Origin: Tubiluchus corallicola
Taxonomy: Eukaryota > Animalia > Priapulida
Length of the DNA: 55,105 nucleotides
Direction of reading: 5' to 3'
NCBI GenBank assembly: GCA_030141605.1
Contig: JAQGDQ010000779.1
Span: forward strand, 41,354-96,458
Shown: positions 43,496 through 55,105 of the stretch, piece by piece
How positions within the stretch are numbered: the stretch's first letter is position 1
Layout of the letters: each line of letters starts with the position of its first letter
Position numbers and translations under genes: made by a program
The notes under the pieces: generated by a model
The model's database searches: none
Seen by the model: the letters and a program-made list of their open reading frames with translations, nothing else
Told to the model about the DNA's origin: nothing

Positions 43496-44935
43496 TTTAG
43501 TTCAAAAATGATTAACTCTTTCAACTGTTTCATTTGCAATAAGAACCTCTAGCAGAACACGCGTATATTATACCCAATGTTTAGTTAACAGCTACATTGA
43601 GAGGCAGAAATTAAGCAATGTCCTTTGAGTGACTGTTTTGAGAGATCGTAATGCACAAAGAAAAAAGGTTTTTCTTCCAATGTCGTACCAAAAAACTGCA
43701 TAGCAAACATGCATTAGCATTCCAGCTACATAAGTATTGGCAGCAGTTATTATAAAATGTGTGCGATCCATTATAAAATAAACCAGAGGCTACCAGCAAT
43801 AACACAGATAAACAAAACAGCAAGTGTAGTATTCCTTTGTGTGCTGCTTTGTAAATACACCAATAACTGCTGGTTTTACTAGTCTACTAGAACATGTATA
43901 CAAGAAACTGCATTACAGATAGCTGAAAAATATCTGAGAAATGAAATAATCGGGGGCCATTTATCTTTTGTGTGGAAAAGAATTGTGAACTTGCAAAAAC
44001 TTATGTTAACTCTCTCCGCTTTTTTCTTATGTGAGGAAAAAGTTTTCATTAGTAAGGGTCAGTATAACAGTAAAAATTTCACAACTGCAGCCATTTAAAA
44101 TCGAAGGCCACAAAATTATTTGTGAATAAGAGTGAGCTGCCAAAAACTGCTCTTAATAAACTAAGACAACAGAAATAGTGGCACACTTTTGCAAACAGCA
44201 AAAACAAATGCTTCTTTATGTGCAAAAGACAACATTGTACTGACAAAGAACATTTGCACAGAACCAGATGTAGGTCATACTAAAGTATATAAATTATTTA
44301 AGGATACGTGTGCAAATAAAGTTTAACAGGTGCATGTTCTTTCCACACTGGACTTTGACTTTCCTCGGCTCTGCATAATTGCATCATAAAGTTCTTATTT
44401 TCCAAAATAGGAGTTTTAAAAGCAAAAGTCTTCTGATGCAAAATCCACCATTGCAAACTGTGGGCAAACATCTGGAGTCCAGCTTTTTACAACAGCCAAA
44501 GCTTCTGCGATGCTATCCTTTGTCTCCTGCTGCACCACAAACACTGCAACAACCTAAAAGACGAACTTCACCATTACACACTGCAATATGATACCTATGT
44601 TATCAAAATGAAGCAAATCTATTTTCAGCCCTTAGCCACAAGTGCACTATTTATGAATGCTAAAAATGCGCACAAGCAGAACAGCTATTTCTCACTGCAA
44701 TCATCAACAGATTATCTAAATACTGTGGAGAATGACAAAAAAAAGTTTTTTGCAAAACTATTAATCTACAATAACTACTGTAGTAATAAACAGTTGAAAG
44801 AACATTAGCGATCAAGATTATGAAATGTTTTTTGCTGAACAATGTCAAAACCCTACAGTTAAACTGTCACTGCAGCTGGAATAGATAACATGGAGATATA
44901 ACTTATGAATTGGCTAAATCAAATGTCTTCTGCAC

Positions 44936-47900
44936 CTGGTAATCAACGTTGGTATGAACCACCAGAAAAAACAAAGGAAGAGCACATTTGCAAGTCCTGT
45001 ATGTGGCGTCTAGTAGTATAGCTTGGCCATATCTTTTATACAGTCGCTGCATCTGGGGTGTCTGTAAAACAAGAAGCATTAATCGGCGATCATGATCCTT
45101 AACATTTGGGCACGATATGTGCATTGCATTGTATTGTACTACACATACTGTGCATTAACGATCTGCAATAGGGATGTATCATAACATTATTGCAATGGAA
45201 AAAATGTATTTGTATGAAAGTACACGTGCCAATCAACAGGATCATCTTTCAAGGGTGAATGTATTTTGCCACATATTTCTTCAAGAGGGAGTGGTTTATG
45301 CATGCGATGCCTGATACACAAACAACAGCTTTTTTCCTGGCACGATGCAAGCCTTTACATCGGTAACCTCTTCATCAATGTCTGATACATCGTCTGATGA
45401 TGCTGGCTCAGTCTCATCCTGGCATGATGCAAGCCTTTACATCGGTAACCTTGTCATCAATGTCTGATAAATCGTCTGATGATGCTGGCTCAGTCTCATC
45501 CTGGCACGATGCAAGCCTTTACATCGGTAACCTCGTCATCAATGTCTGATAAATCGTCTGATGATGCTGGCTCAGTCTCATCCTGGCACGATGCAAGCCT
45601 TTACATCGGTAACCTCGTCATCAATGTCTGATAAATCGTCTGATGATGCTGGCTCAGTCTCATCCTGGCACGATGCAAGCCTTTACATCGGTAACCTCGT
45701 CATCAATGTCTGATAAATCGTCTGATGATGCTGGCTCAGTCTCATCCTGGCACGATGCAAGCCTTTACATCGGTAACCTCGTCATCAATGTCTGATAAAT
45801 CGTCTGATGATGCTGGCTCAGTCTCATCCTGGCACGATGCAAGCCTTTACATCGGTAACCTCGTCATCAATGTCTGATAAATCGTCTGATGATGCTGGCT
45901 CAGTCTCATCCTGGCACGATGCAAGCCTTTACATCGGTAACCTCGTCATCAATGTCTGATAAATCGTCTGATGATGCTGGCTCAGTCTCATCCTGGCACG
46001 ATGCAAGCCTTTACATCGGTAACCTCGTCATCAATGTCTGATAAATCGTCTGATGATGCTGGCTCAGTCTCATCCTGGCACGATGCAAGCCTTTACATCG
46101 GTAACCTCGTCATCAATGTCTGATAAATCGTCTGATGATGCTGGCTCAGTCTCATCCTGGCACGATGCAAGCCTTTACATCGGTAACCTCGTCATCAATG
46201 TCTGATAAATCGTCTGATGATGCTGGCTCAGTCTCATCCTGGCACGATGCAAGCCTTTACATCGGTAACCTCGTCATCAATGTCTGATAAATCGTCTGAT
46301 GATGCTGGCTCAGTCTCATCCTGGCACGATGCAAGCCTTTACAACGGTAACCTCGTCATCAATGTCAGCAGCCTCTACATCCTCTACAGATGAGGAGCAG
46401 GGCCTGAAGAAACTGTGGTCAGTTGGGTTGATTTCCCCTAACATTCTCTCAACATTGACTTGATCAATTTGTGCAAAATGGCGTTTAAGTTTATACTTGG
46501 TAATTAAATTACTCAAGTCCACTGCATGTGTACTTTTATTAAGTACATAGTGCCTTGACGTACGGTGGTATCTTATCAAAACAGGCTCTGTTAGGGTTTG
46601 TATCAAGATGTACAAATTTTACAAATAGGCTTGTTATGGAAAAGATGTATCATGCAGTAAATATAAAATCTTGATATTTTTTGTATTTTTCAATCTCATT
46701 GGTGATTTTCAAAATTTTCAGTTTAATGACTGAATGCTGAGTGGTGAATTATTTACCTTCGCCTGCTTTGTTCAGGTGGGTCTTGCCCAAAGAATAAAGT
46801 GTTAACTACATATTCTTTAAGACACGACTCTAGATTCCTTCTGTTTGTTACACCACTAGCTAACAGTTCTAGCACATTTTCCTTGATCTGGTTATCGACA
46901 GGCTCACTGTAGCCACCCATCTGAAAACAAGTTTAAAGTGAAGATGATTAAACACAACACACAGTAGAAGATTAAAATTTGCTTATGAACAATTTTACTA
47001 CTTGGACTATAACGTGGTTGATTTACAATGAAAAGAAAGGAATTTCAGCACAGCAGGTATATTTGTGGAAGGTATACTTAACAAGTATATTTAACAAGGT
47101 TTGTCTATAAAATGGAGAATACTCGAACGCGCTTCTTGTCAATGTCTATTCCGCCAAAGTTGTGACTATCTTTCTCTGTGATAATTTTACCTTCCCACTA
47201 AGATGATACTTGTGCTCATCTTTGTCTGGAATTGACATGATATATTTAACATCCATCTGGGGCTGAGGATCTCTTTCCAAGGCTTTCTTCAGTTCCCTAA
47301 GCATTTGCCCTTTAGCGGCCCTTGATGTATCAGAAATCTGCAACAGAAACAATAGTTAAAAAGAACTGTTGTAGGAAAAGGTATTATAATATACCCAGCC
47401 ACATATGCTATATATCGCTTGCTGCCTTGTGTGGTTTCATTAAACAAGTTTAAGCAATCAAACAAATTTTACACACCAAGGTATAAAGCAAGTAAAATTT
47501 GACACTTTTCTGAATAATGCAAAAAAGAAAGATAATATTCATAACTATTCTGACCAACATGCAAATTATTTAGCTTAGGCAAAGTAAAATATTACTACAA
47601 CACATTTCATTCACCTTAAACTCTGGAAACTTCACAATTTTTTTATCTGGATTGTTGCAGGACAACCCATCTTTTTTGTAGGCTGCTGCAGAAATCTGCT
47701 TTTTACAAATATATGATCATTTCTCTGAAAATAAAATCAAATTCACTACATAGAAATCTGATGTAATATGTGCATATTGGGTGTATATGTATTCTAAACT
47801 AGTATATATCACAGCAATGCTAACAGACTCTTGCTTACCAGCGTCTGATTCTGTTTTAATTATTAGTTTCTGCAGTATCTTCGTGTTTGAACCAGATACA

Positions 47901-49255
47901 TCAAATGTCAAAATGTCAACCACTTGACATAAGTACTTATTATGCCACTTTTTTATACTAGAAAGCTACTTTAGTGATGCAAAGACAACCACACATATAT
48001 AAAAGAGTATACTAAAAATGCATTGTGACTATTTTATTAATCACAAGAAACTGTTCTTGGGTTACCAACTATCTCACACACAAGTAAGATATGCTTTGTA
48101 ATGGAAAAATACAAAAGTTCAGTCAGCTAGGGCTATTAAATAAACCTAGCTACTCAGGCCTTGACTTTTCATTCCTGATTTGTTGGTTCACTCCAAACAA
48201 AGTTTGTGAAAGATGTTCCATACCTGAAAAAGCCAGAATCATTCTACAAGTATCTAAAATAAATTTCTTTAATCGTTACGAATTTTTGATGAATATTTTG
48301 CTTATTAATGCCTGTAGGTTGTTACCAGTTTATTTCCTAAAAAAGTAATTAGCGTTTTTATCTAGTTTGTTCGCTGGCCGCAGAACTTTATATTAGACTG
48401 GTAAATTAAAAATCTGGCCTTACCAATTCTTGTCCCACTAATATCTGTTGGTGGTTTCCTCATGGCTTAAAATAGTACTAACACTTTTATTAAAAGGCTA
48501 AGAATTGCTTAAATGAAACGGATATGTAGTTTAATTGTATGTTCCCACTTATGATGAGATCTCATTTAGTTTAAGGCACATTTAGGAAGAGGAAAGAAAA
48601 ATGTGGGCCTCACCATACGCCGATCCTTATCTTCATTCCATTTCTTCTTCACTGACAGTCCTCTGTCTCCTGAAAGTTGCCAATGAATTTTCATACCATT
48701 TGATACATCTGAAATGTAAATCAGACTTACATGTTGTTCACAAAACTTTCAACACCGGATTAACACTTATTTATCATATCATATGCAGTTTCATATCATG
48801 TCATAGTAGTTTTTCCTATCATATGCAGTGTTTATGAATATAGGCCCCTGAATGACTATTAATATAGTACTATTATAACAGAATTCAGACAACAAAACTC
48901 AAAAGACTCTGCATAATTCGATTCTCTGTAATTCAGAATATCGTTCATCTCAGACAGATTAAAAATAGTATGGACTTCTTTCTTTATATCTTAATGCTTA
49001 AAGCAATTTAGGGCAACACTGCCTTTCTTTTCACAATATTTTACTAATTATTATGAACATATAATTTGCAAACGCCTGCCATGTGCCACAACTCACTTGG
49101 CTATGACACTATAGACACTTACCGACGTCATCGCTAAATCGCTTCTGCTGTGACTCAACTACATAATGAGTTGTAGTATCCAATTCATGTTGTTTGATCA
49201 CTCGAAGGCAATCATTCACATTGGATATTACAACAGTCTTGTATGCAGCAGCCAT
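44936..49255 (-). mobile_element. Intron-containing MULE-type transposase gene (CARF/ZSWIM-like), disrupted and 3'-truncated
   Basis: Exons encode TKKMGCPATIQIKKIVKFPEFK, KKLLFVYQ and QRLYKRYGQAILLDATYRT..LPLFFLVVHTNVDYQ (MULE first catalytic D). Confidence 0.75.
45335..46366. repeat. 82-bp near-perfect tandem repeat, about 12.6 copies, inside a MULE exon
   Basis: CCTGGCACGATGCAAGCC recurs every 82 nt from 45336 to 46320. Confidence 0.97.
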
Positions 49256-49827
49256 TTTCTGCTCTTGGTTGAATTTCGTACGTATCCATAGTCCTGTGCG
49301 CAAAATCCGAATCATGCCCACAATTCTGTGCGCTCAACACGAAGAACGCAAAGTAGTCCTCACCGTGTGGAAGTTGGTACTTGTACATTGTAGTTTGGGT
49401 GCTGCCATCTATGTTCCAATCTTGTTACATTCTACCAGCTGATTTACCAACAGTCAAATTGTATGGTCCAGTGACTACATACACACTGGTCCTCTCCCTA
49501 TTATAAATTAATGGTTGTTGTGAAGCCTGTGCAACTCTGCATAGGTCAAGTGCTATACCTGTATACTGGCTGTGAAACAGGTTTTACTGACTGTTTTTAG
49601 ATTCTAGTTTTGCTCAATGTTCAGTGCAGCAGTTTTTCCATTCATGTTGTCCATTCTAGTTCAATAAACACTTTTCAGTTGTGTGAAATGCAAATATTTA
49701 TTATACATGTTTGGTTTTTATCTGTACTTCTCCGTGTGTCTAAACTCAAGCATATCAAAGTGACTGAGCAACAACTTCAAAAATCACTTTTACATCATGT
49801 AAATTTTGTACGTTAATAATATCTCAC

Positions 49828-52533
49828 CTTCTCCACTCTTCTCCTCCAAAGTTCTTCTCTTTGGTTCATTAAATCTATGCGGTAGGAAAGTGTTTCCAAG
49901 ATTCCGCTCGTCGTAGCCTTGAACATCAGCGCCTCCCCGTGGAAATCTATGCAGTAGGAAAGTGTTTCCAAGATTCCGCTCGTCGTAGTCTTGAACATCA
50001 GCGCCTCCCCGTGGAAATCTATTGCATGTGAAGCGTGTATCACCAAGTTTTCTTGCAAGCAACTTGAATTCTCTATGAAGAGAGCAACAGTCAGACATTA
50101 AAATCAACAATAAAATTCAAGACAAGGGAAGTGCATGTCTTCTATCAAAGTTAAGCAACACTAGTCTTGGTTGATAAATGGATGGAGACCATACAGGAAT
50201 ACTGCTCGTTCTACAGGATTATCGTTGATGATGAATTAAATTCCAGTTACGACAAATTACCTACATTAAGTACGTCTGCTAACTTGAAGGGTGACCACTG
50301 GTCAGATCGGCGTAAAGCAACATATTAAATACTTTCACCTGTTTCTTTATTACAGTTCATCAATCTTAGTTGAGTAAAATTTAATAATAGCAAATTTATT
50401 AAAATTATATAACGTCTAATATAATAGTAATAGTAATTAGTAATAGTTCATTAGTAATAATAATTAGTATTCTTAAATAATAGTAATATATATATATATC
50501 TTTACCGTTACTATCATTGAAGCCTGGAATTTGAATTTCAAAATTGTCATCAATCATTTGGAGATCATCAATGGCAATACCTACGAGCAACAACAGAATT
50601 TTACAGAGCAACAAACTGAACATGTAATTTTACAAGACAGCACAGATACATTCACCGATGCACAAACACTTTCACGGATTTTAAAAGCGTTTGACGGATT
50701 TTACCTTAAAATGTAGAAAATTTTAATGAAAAACCGTTTACCTCAAAGCAGGTAAAGGTTCTTAAACTTGATTTAATAGTTTTCAAGTGTCTAAGAAATT
50801 TATGAAAAGACCTTTTACAGGCATTTGCAATTCAGTTTTCAAACTTGGAAAGAACTTTAACGGAAAGATTTTAGCTGTTTAAAGGCACAACTGCACTCAA
50901 TGCATACAAGTGTTTAAACGTTAATTTTTTTTATAGAAGTAGAGCATTTTTTACATACTATTTCGCTGAATCACATACTTATCACTGAACGGAGACATAG
51001 CATCAAAATATTTATCATGTATAGCAACACGTATCAAAATATTTTTGCAGCGTGTCAACCTGCTGGCACAGAATGTCAGGGAATGTTCCCATTTCATGCA
51101 ATTTTTCTCTGAGACCTCTTCCTCTCTGAAGCAAATTTTTATCATTTTAGATTTAATCGTTACAGAATACGTATTTTATATAAGCAGTGCAAAAATTAAG
51201 GCTTTAGAGTATAGACCTATGGAGTTCTTAAGCTTGACATGGAAGAATGTCATTAAAGGAGCATGATTACTTTTAGGACTTAATTGTTACTGTTACATGA
51301 ATAACATTTGATTCTGTGGCCAAGTTAAAATCCTTGTCCACCTTGTTTCAGAGTAAAAACTGAAACAAATTTTATTAACCGAAAAGCAGAAGAAAACCCT
51401 CCACTTACATAAAGCTTAAAAACTCCTCTCGAAATTTTATTCCATTTACGTACTGTCTTTTGGCATGCAGGGCTTACGTCGGCAGTAACGCGGTATAAAA
51501 GACCTAAATTTAAACTCCCACGATGACCACTAGACGATGGTAGGTCCGTTTGAAACAAGTTTAGATAACATTAAGTGAAGTTTTGGAAAAATAATCAGAG
51601 CATTCGTAGCACACATGTTGCTAACTAAATAAAATTTCAAATTACTGTATCTTGTCAATAAGATTAAAAATGCGTTTTTGGCTAGTGAGTGGTGCACCAT
51701 GGAGGAGCCAGCGACATTTTACCAATTAGCACAAACATTTTAAATTATTAGTCTAGTTACATGTCTAGTTAGAAGTCTTGTCTTGTCTATGTCATGTCTT
51801 AGTCTAGTTAGAAGTCTTTCCAGCAGGTAAACAAAATGCTAAGTAATATAGATTTCCACAGAAAGATTTTTTGGGACATAATTTAACATTGCCCTTTCTT
51901 CCACTAATTTACGTTTGCTTATGTGACATCATGTAATGGTGCCGTCGGAACGGTATTGCGGGAGATTTAAAATGAAAACAAGCAAAATTCCTTTCAATGT
52001 GAATAAGATATACACATAAAATTGCTGTAAAGTAACATAATTTTTTAAGGCGATTTTTCTGAAACCTACTTCTGGCGCCCCTTTTCTTATCTTTTAAGAA
52101 AGATAGATAGCTTGATGATGTGCAAAAAACTAAAAAAAATCAATGGCACTGAAAGTCTTATTATAATATGTTAGTACTTAGTAAATATTAATCAAAACTT
52201 TATAATCTGAAGTTTTTGGTTGCTACACGTATTCTGCAAGAGACCAATAAAATTTACAACACAGCAGACCTTCATGCCTCTGACATGTGCCGTGGTACAA
52301 TAAACGTAAAAAAACTTGCAACAATTACAACTTACCTTGAAAGAAGTCGAACTGGCTGACGATCCTACAGACCTAAGAGATTTCAATGAACCATGACGAC
52401 GGAGACTGTGGCCATGGTTACAAGACTGCAAGGTTTGAACCCAGTGATCTCGCTCCTCAGCAGAATAAGCTCACAAATACCAGATGTTGTCATTGACGAT
52501 AACGTCGAATCTACACACATCATGGTCATGAGG
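49828..52533 (-). pseudogene. CERT1: Ceramide transfer protein (CERT/COL4A3BP)-like pseudogene fragment; exons 52336-52533, ~50959-51125, 49828-50072
   Basis: PHDHDVCRFDVIVNDNIWYL*A...SLRRHGSL...SFK | [31 protein letters not shown] | [18 protein letters not shown]...[11 protein letters not shown] recalls the CERT PH end and middle region. TGA at 52471-52473; 72-bp internal duplication. Confidence 0.85.
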
Positions 52534-52931
52534 CTAATCAATAAAATTAAAAGAATAATGCCTTCAGGTTATTAGGATAAAATGAAATAATTTACCATAA
52601 ATGTGAGGTCAAGATACATGACTTTCAGTTCGTTTATAAAGTTTGAAATCTTTTTTTATTATTATCACATTCAGTACAATATAGTGACATGTAATACATG
52701 GTAACATTAAAATTGATACTTCATACTGTAATAAATTATCATGTTTCATACACTATCGTTATCATAAAAGATTAATTGTACTGCAGTGGGCTAGAGAAGC
52801 AAAGGCTTGTATAAGACCATTGTCATGTGAACATGACAGCTTGATTACACATGACAAGAAGCAACACAAAAAACTGAAAATTCGCAAATTTGTGTTGCAC
52901 GGGACGGATGGACAGATCGGGAAAGAGAGTG

Positions 52932-53150
52932 ACTCAAGTAATATGATTGAAATCTCTTTTACACGTGTCCGTTTTTATAATTAGGTTTTTATATTTCAAT
53001 TGTAAATCATTCAAGTAATATGGTTAAATTTCTTTTACAGGGGTCCGTTCTTACATTTAGGTTTTTATATTTCAATTGTAAATGACTCAAGTAATATGGT
53101 TAAATCGCTTTTATACGGGTCCGTTTTTACATTTCAATTGTAAATCATTT
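52932..53150. repeat. About 76-bp tandem repeat, 3 diverged copies
   Basis: TCAAGTAATATG at 52934, 53011 and 53087. Confidence 0.8.
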
Positions 53151-53244
53151 TTAATTTTGCTAATTTTTAAACTTAATTGTGTTATCTGGCAATAAATGAT
53201 GTAACGTAGGGAGTGACATACGTTACGTTTATGTTTGGTTTTCT

Positions 53245-53930
53245 AGATGTAAACAATGGTATTCAGGTTTACTAGTGCTAAATGAACTAATAAACCTGAA
53301 TACTGCTGTGTACATCTACAAAACCAAACATAAACTTCACCCCGCTTTGTTTTTTAACCCATTATCTATTAACATAAGACGTTACTCAACAAGATTTAAT
53401 GAATTTCGTATTAAGTATTGCAAGACTGACGCGGCAAGGCACTTCATCACTAACACTGGCCCCAGACTTTGGAATAACATCAACGAATACATAAAAAATT
53501 CTTTAGCTATAAATAGCTTCAAAAGAAATCTTAAAAGTGAAATCTTTTCTAATTATACAGAATAAATCAATTTGACTAATTACACTGCTGTCCCTGTCGG
53601 AATCCATCGCGTTGCTGGCTATGTCAATTTTTACATTTCTATAGTTCACGTTACTTCATACAGATACCATCACATCTTTCTCCTCTTTCTATTCTCTATT
53701 AACCTTTCTTTCTACTCCTTTACTGCTCTTTTCTTTTACACTCAGTCCACATTCATTTGGGGTGCTCTAAACAAGTAATTAGTTCTTGAGTACCCCACGG
53801 GTCATTTGCGGCTTGGCATCTTGCGTACATAATAATAAATATATTATTAAATACTTTTATGTACAATGCTGTAATGATCGTTGTGGATATATTTAATAAA
53901 TAAATAAAATAATAATAAAATAAAAAAAAA
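53245..53930 (+). mobile_element. 3' end of an L2/CR1-group LINE with A-rich tail
   Basis: YSTR...GPRLWNNI...IKNS...SFKRNLK C-terminal motif, then 3' UTR and (TAAA)n/A tail. Confidence 0.7.
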
Positions 53931-54289
53931 TAGACTGCCCATACAAAATAATAAGATTAATTATTATTATTATTATTATTATCAATGCCTCCTCAATGCC
54001 TATTTTACAAACTGGTATCAGTCCATTACAGACCAATAATTAATTTGTCATACCATTACCTTATCCAGTATATATACCTACCATAACTACAGAAATTTAA
54101 ATTCAGTGTAATTTAATTCAAAATTTTTACACGTCTCTGTCAATCCAGCGATCATCGAGCAGCCACTCCGATAAAAATAAGATATTTTTAGATGCCGAGG
54201 GCTTTTTAATTTAACATATATGTTATGTCGAGTAATTGTGGATTTAATATTCTCTGAAGAGGCAATAGCTGAATTTGTGTAAATGAGAT

Positions 54290-54372
54290 TGCCGTATATA
54301 CTTATGTACAAGTCGAATTTTTGGGAGGCGATTTTAATGTGAAATTTTAGGGGGTCGACTTATACTTACGAT
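54290..54372 (+). mobile_element. Possible pogo/Tigger-type terminal repeat remnant
   Basis: CCGTATATAC...AAGTCGA...GGGGTCGACTTATAC resembles TcMar-Tigger ends; no partner end seen. Confidence 0.35.
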
Positions 54373-55105
54373 ATGTTTTTGGGAGATGTCGCTATAGAGT
54401 CGTCTACAAAATTAAATGTAAAATTATCCCTTCATTGATAAGCTTTATCGTTCAAAATATTTCCCAAATTTTTGTCTAACCAGAGTGATTTAAAATAAAT
54501 AAAGAGTAAATAAATAAGAGGAAAGTAAAATAAATAAGAAATCCCGGTAATGAATAAGCGCGTAGCAAACAACAAAATAGTAAGGTAGGCCGGTAACAAA
54601 AAGCCTAGGAAAATAGGACACAGAGACAATTACATTTATCTTTTATAACGATTGCACATCTTAGCTCCGTTTTAAATGGCAAACAGTAATTAAATTTTTA
54701 CAAAAAAGGTAGAATAAAACAACGTGATAATTTTTACAAAGCGCTAAATGTTGCGCCATTTTGTCCAAAATTAAATAGAAGAAACCTTAGCACACATGAC
54801 CGATTACACATCGAAAACTGTCGATTTCGCCTTACAAAACGACATCAACGACATGTCGACAGCGAAGACACAAACCTGAATTAAGCAGTAACTGCTGCAA
54901 TTCATTAACACACTAAAAACAGCACCTTTGATACAAATTTTAACTGCTACAAGCCGAAGTTCAGAGAGACGCGATTTTTTTTTATTTATGTGAAAAGTTA
55001 AGCACTGTTAAGATCCTTAACAGGCAATAGCCTATGGAAGAGGAAAACAACTGATAACTGGTAAATTACTACACTAGAAAAATGAAACAGCATGAAGAAA
55101 CAAAG

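Noticed and set aside
45335-46366. 82-bp array as CRISPR
   Set aside because: Whole units are identical; there are no unique spacers.

Overview
The window has two parts joined at about nt 21646/21647. Nt 1-20.2 kb is the structural and lysis arm of a Bacteroidota-type, Mu-like (transposable) contractile-tail prophage. A leftward operon encodes terminase S/L, spike, hub, baseplate and a YadA-repeat tail fibre with an S74 chaperone. A rightward operon encodes protease, capsid, sheath, tube, chaperone, tape measure, portal, tail terminator, amidase and holins. Both run from a symmetric divergent promoter. The neck/head-completion genes (gp36/DUF1320-like, F-like, G-like) are broken while the major structural genes are intact. 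A Mu-type right end near 20.19 kb is followed by an intact IS256, whose far terminal inverted repeat abuts a eukaryotic LINE directly. Nt 21.65-55.1 kb is animal-type DNA: LINE and Gmr1-like gypsy remnants, several minisatellites, a spliced C1q-domain gene with an upstream Ig exon, a GPCR pseudogene, an intron-containing CARF/MULE transposase and a CERT pseudogene. The main leads are (1) the bacterium/animal junction at an IS256 end, which could be real HGT or a chimeric assembly, (2) a probable -1 frameshift fusing portal to the F-like minor head protein, and (3) selective loss of head-tail joining genes. All family assignments come from motif recognition by eye; no database searches were run.
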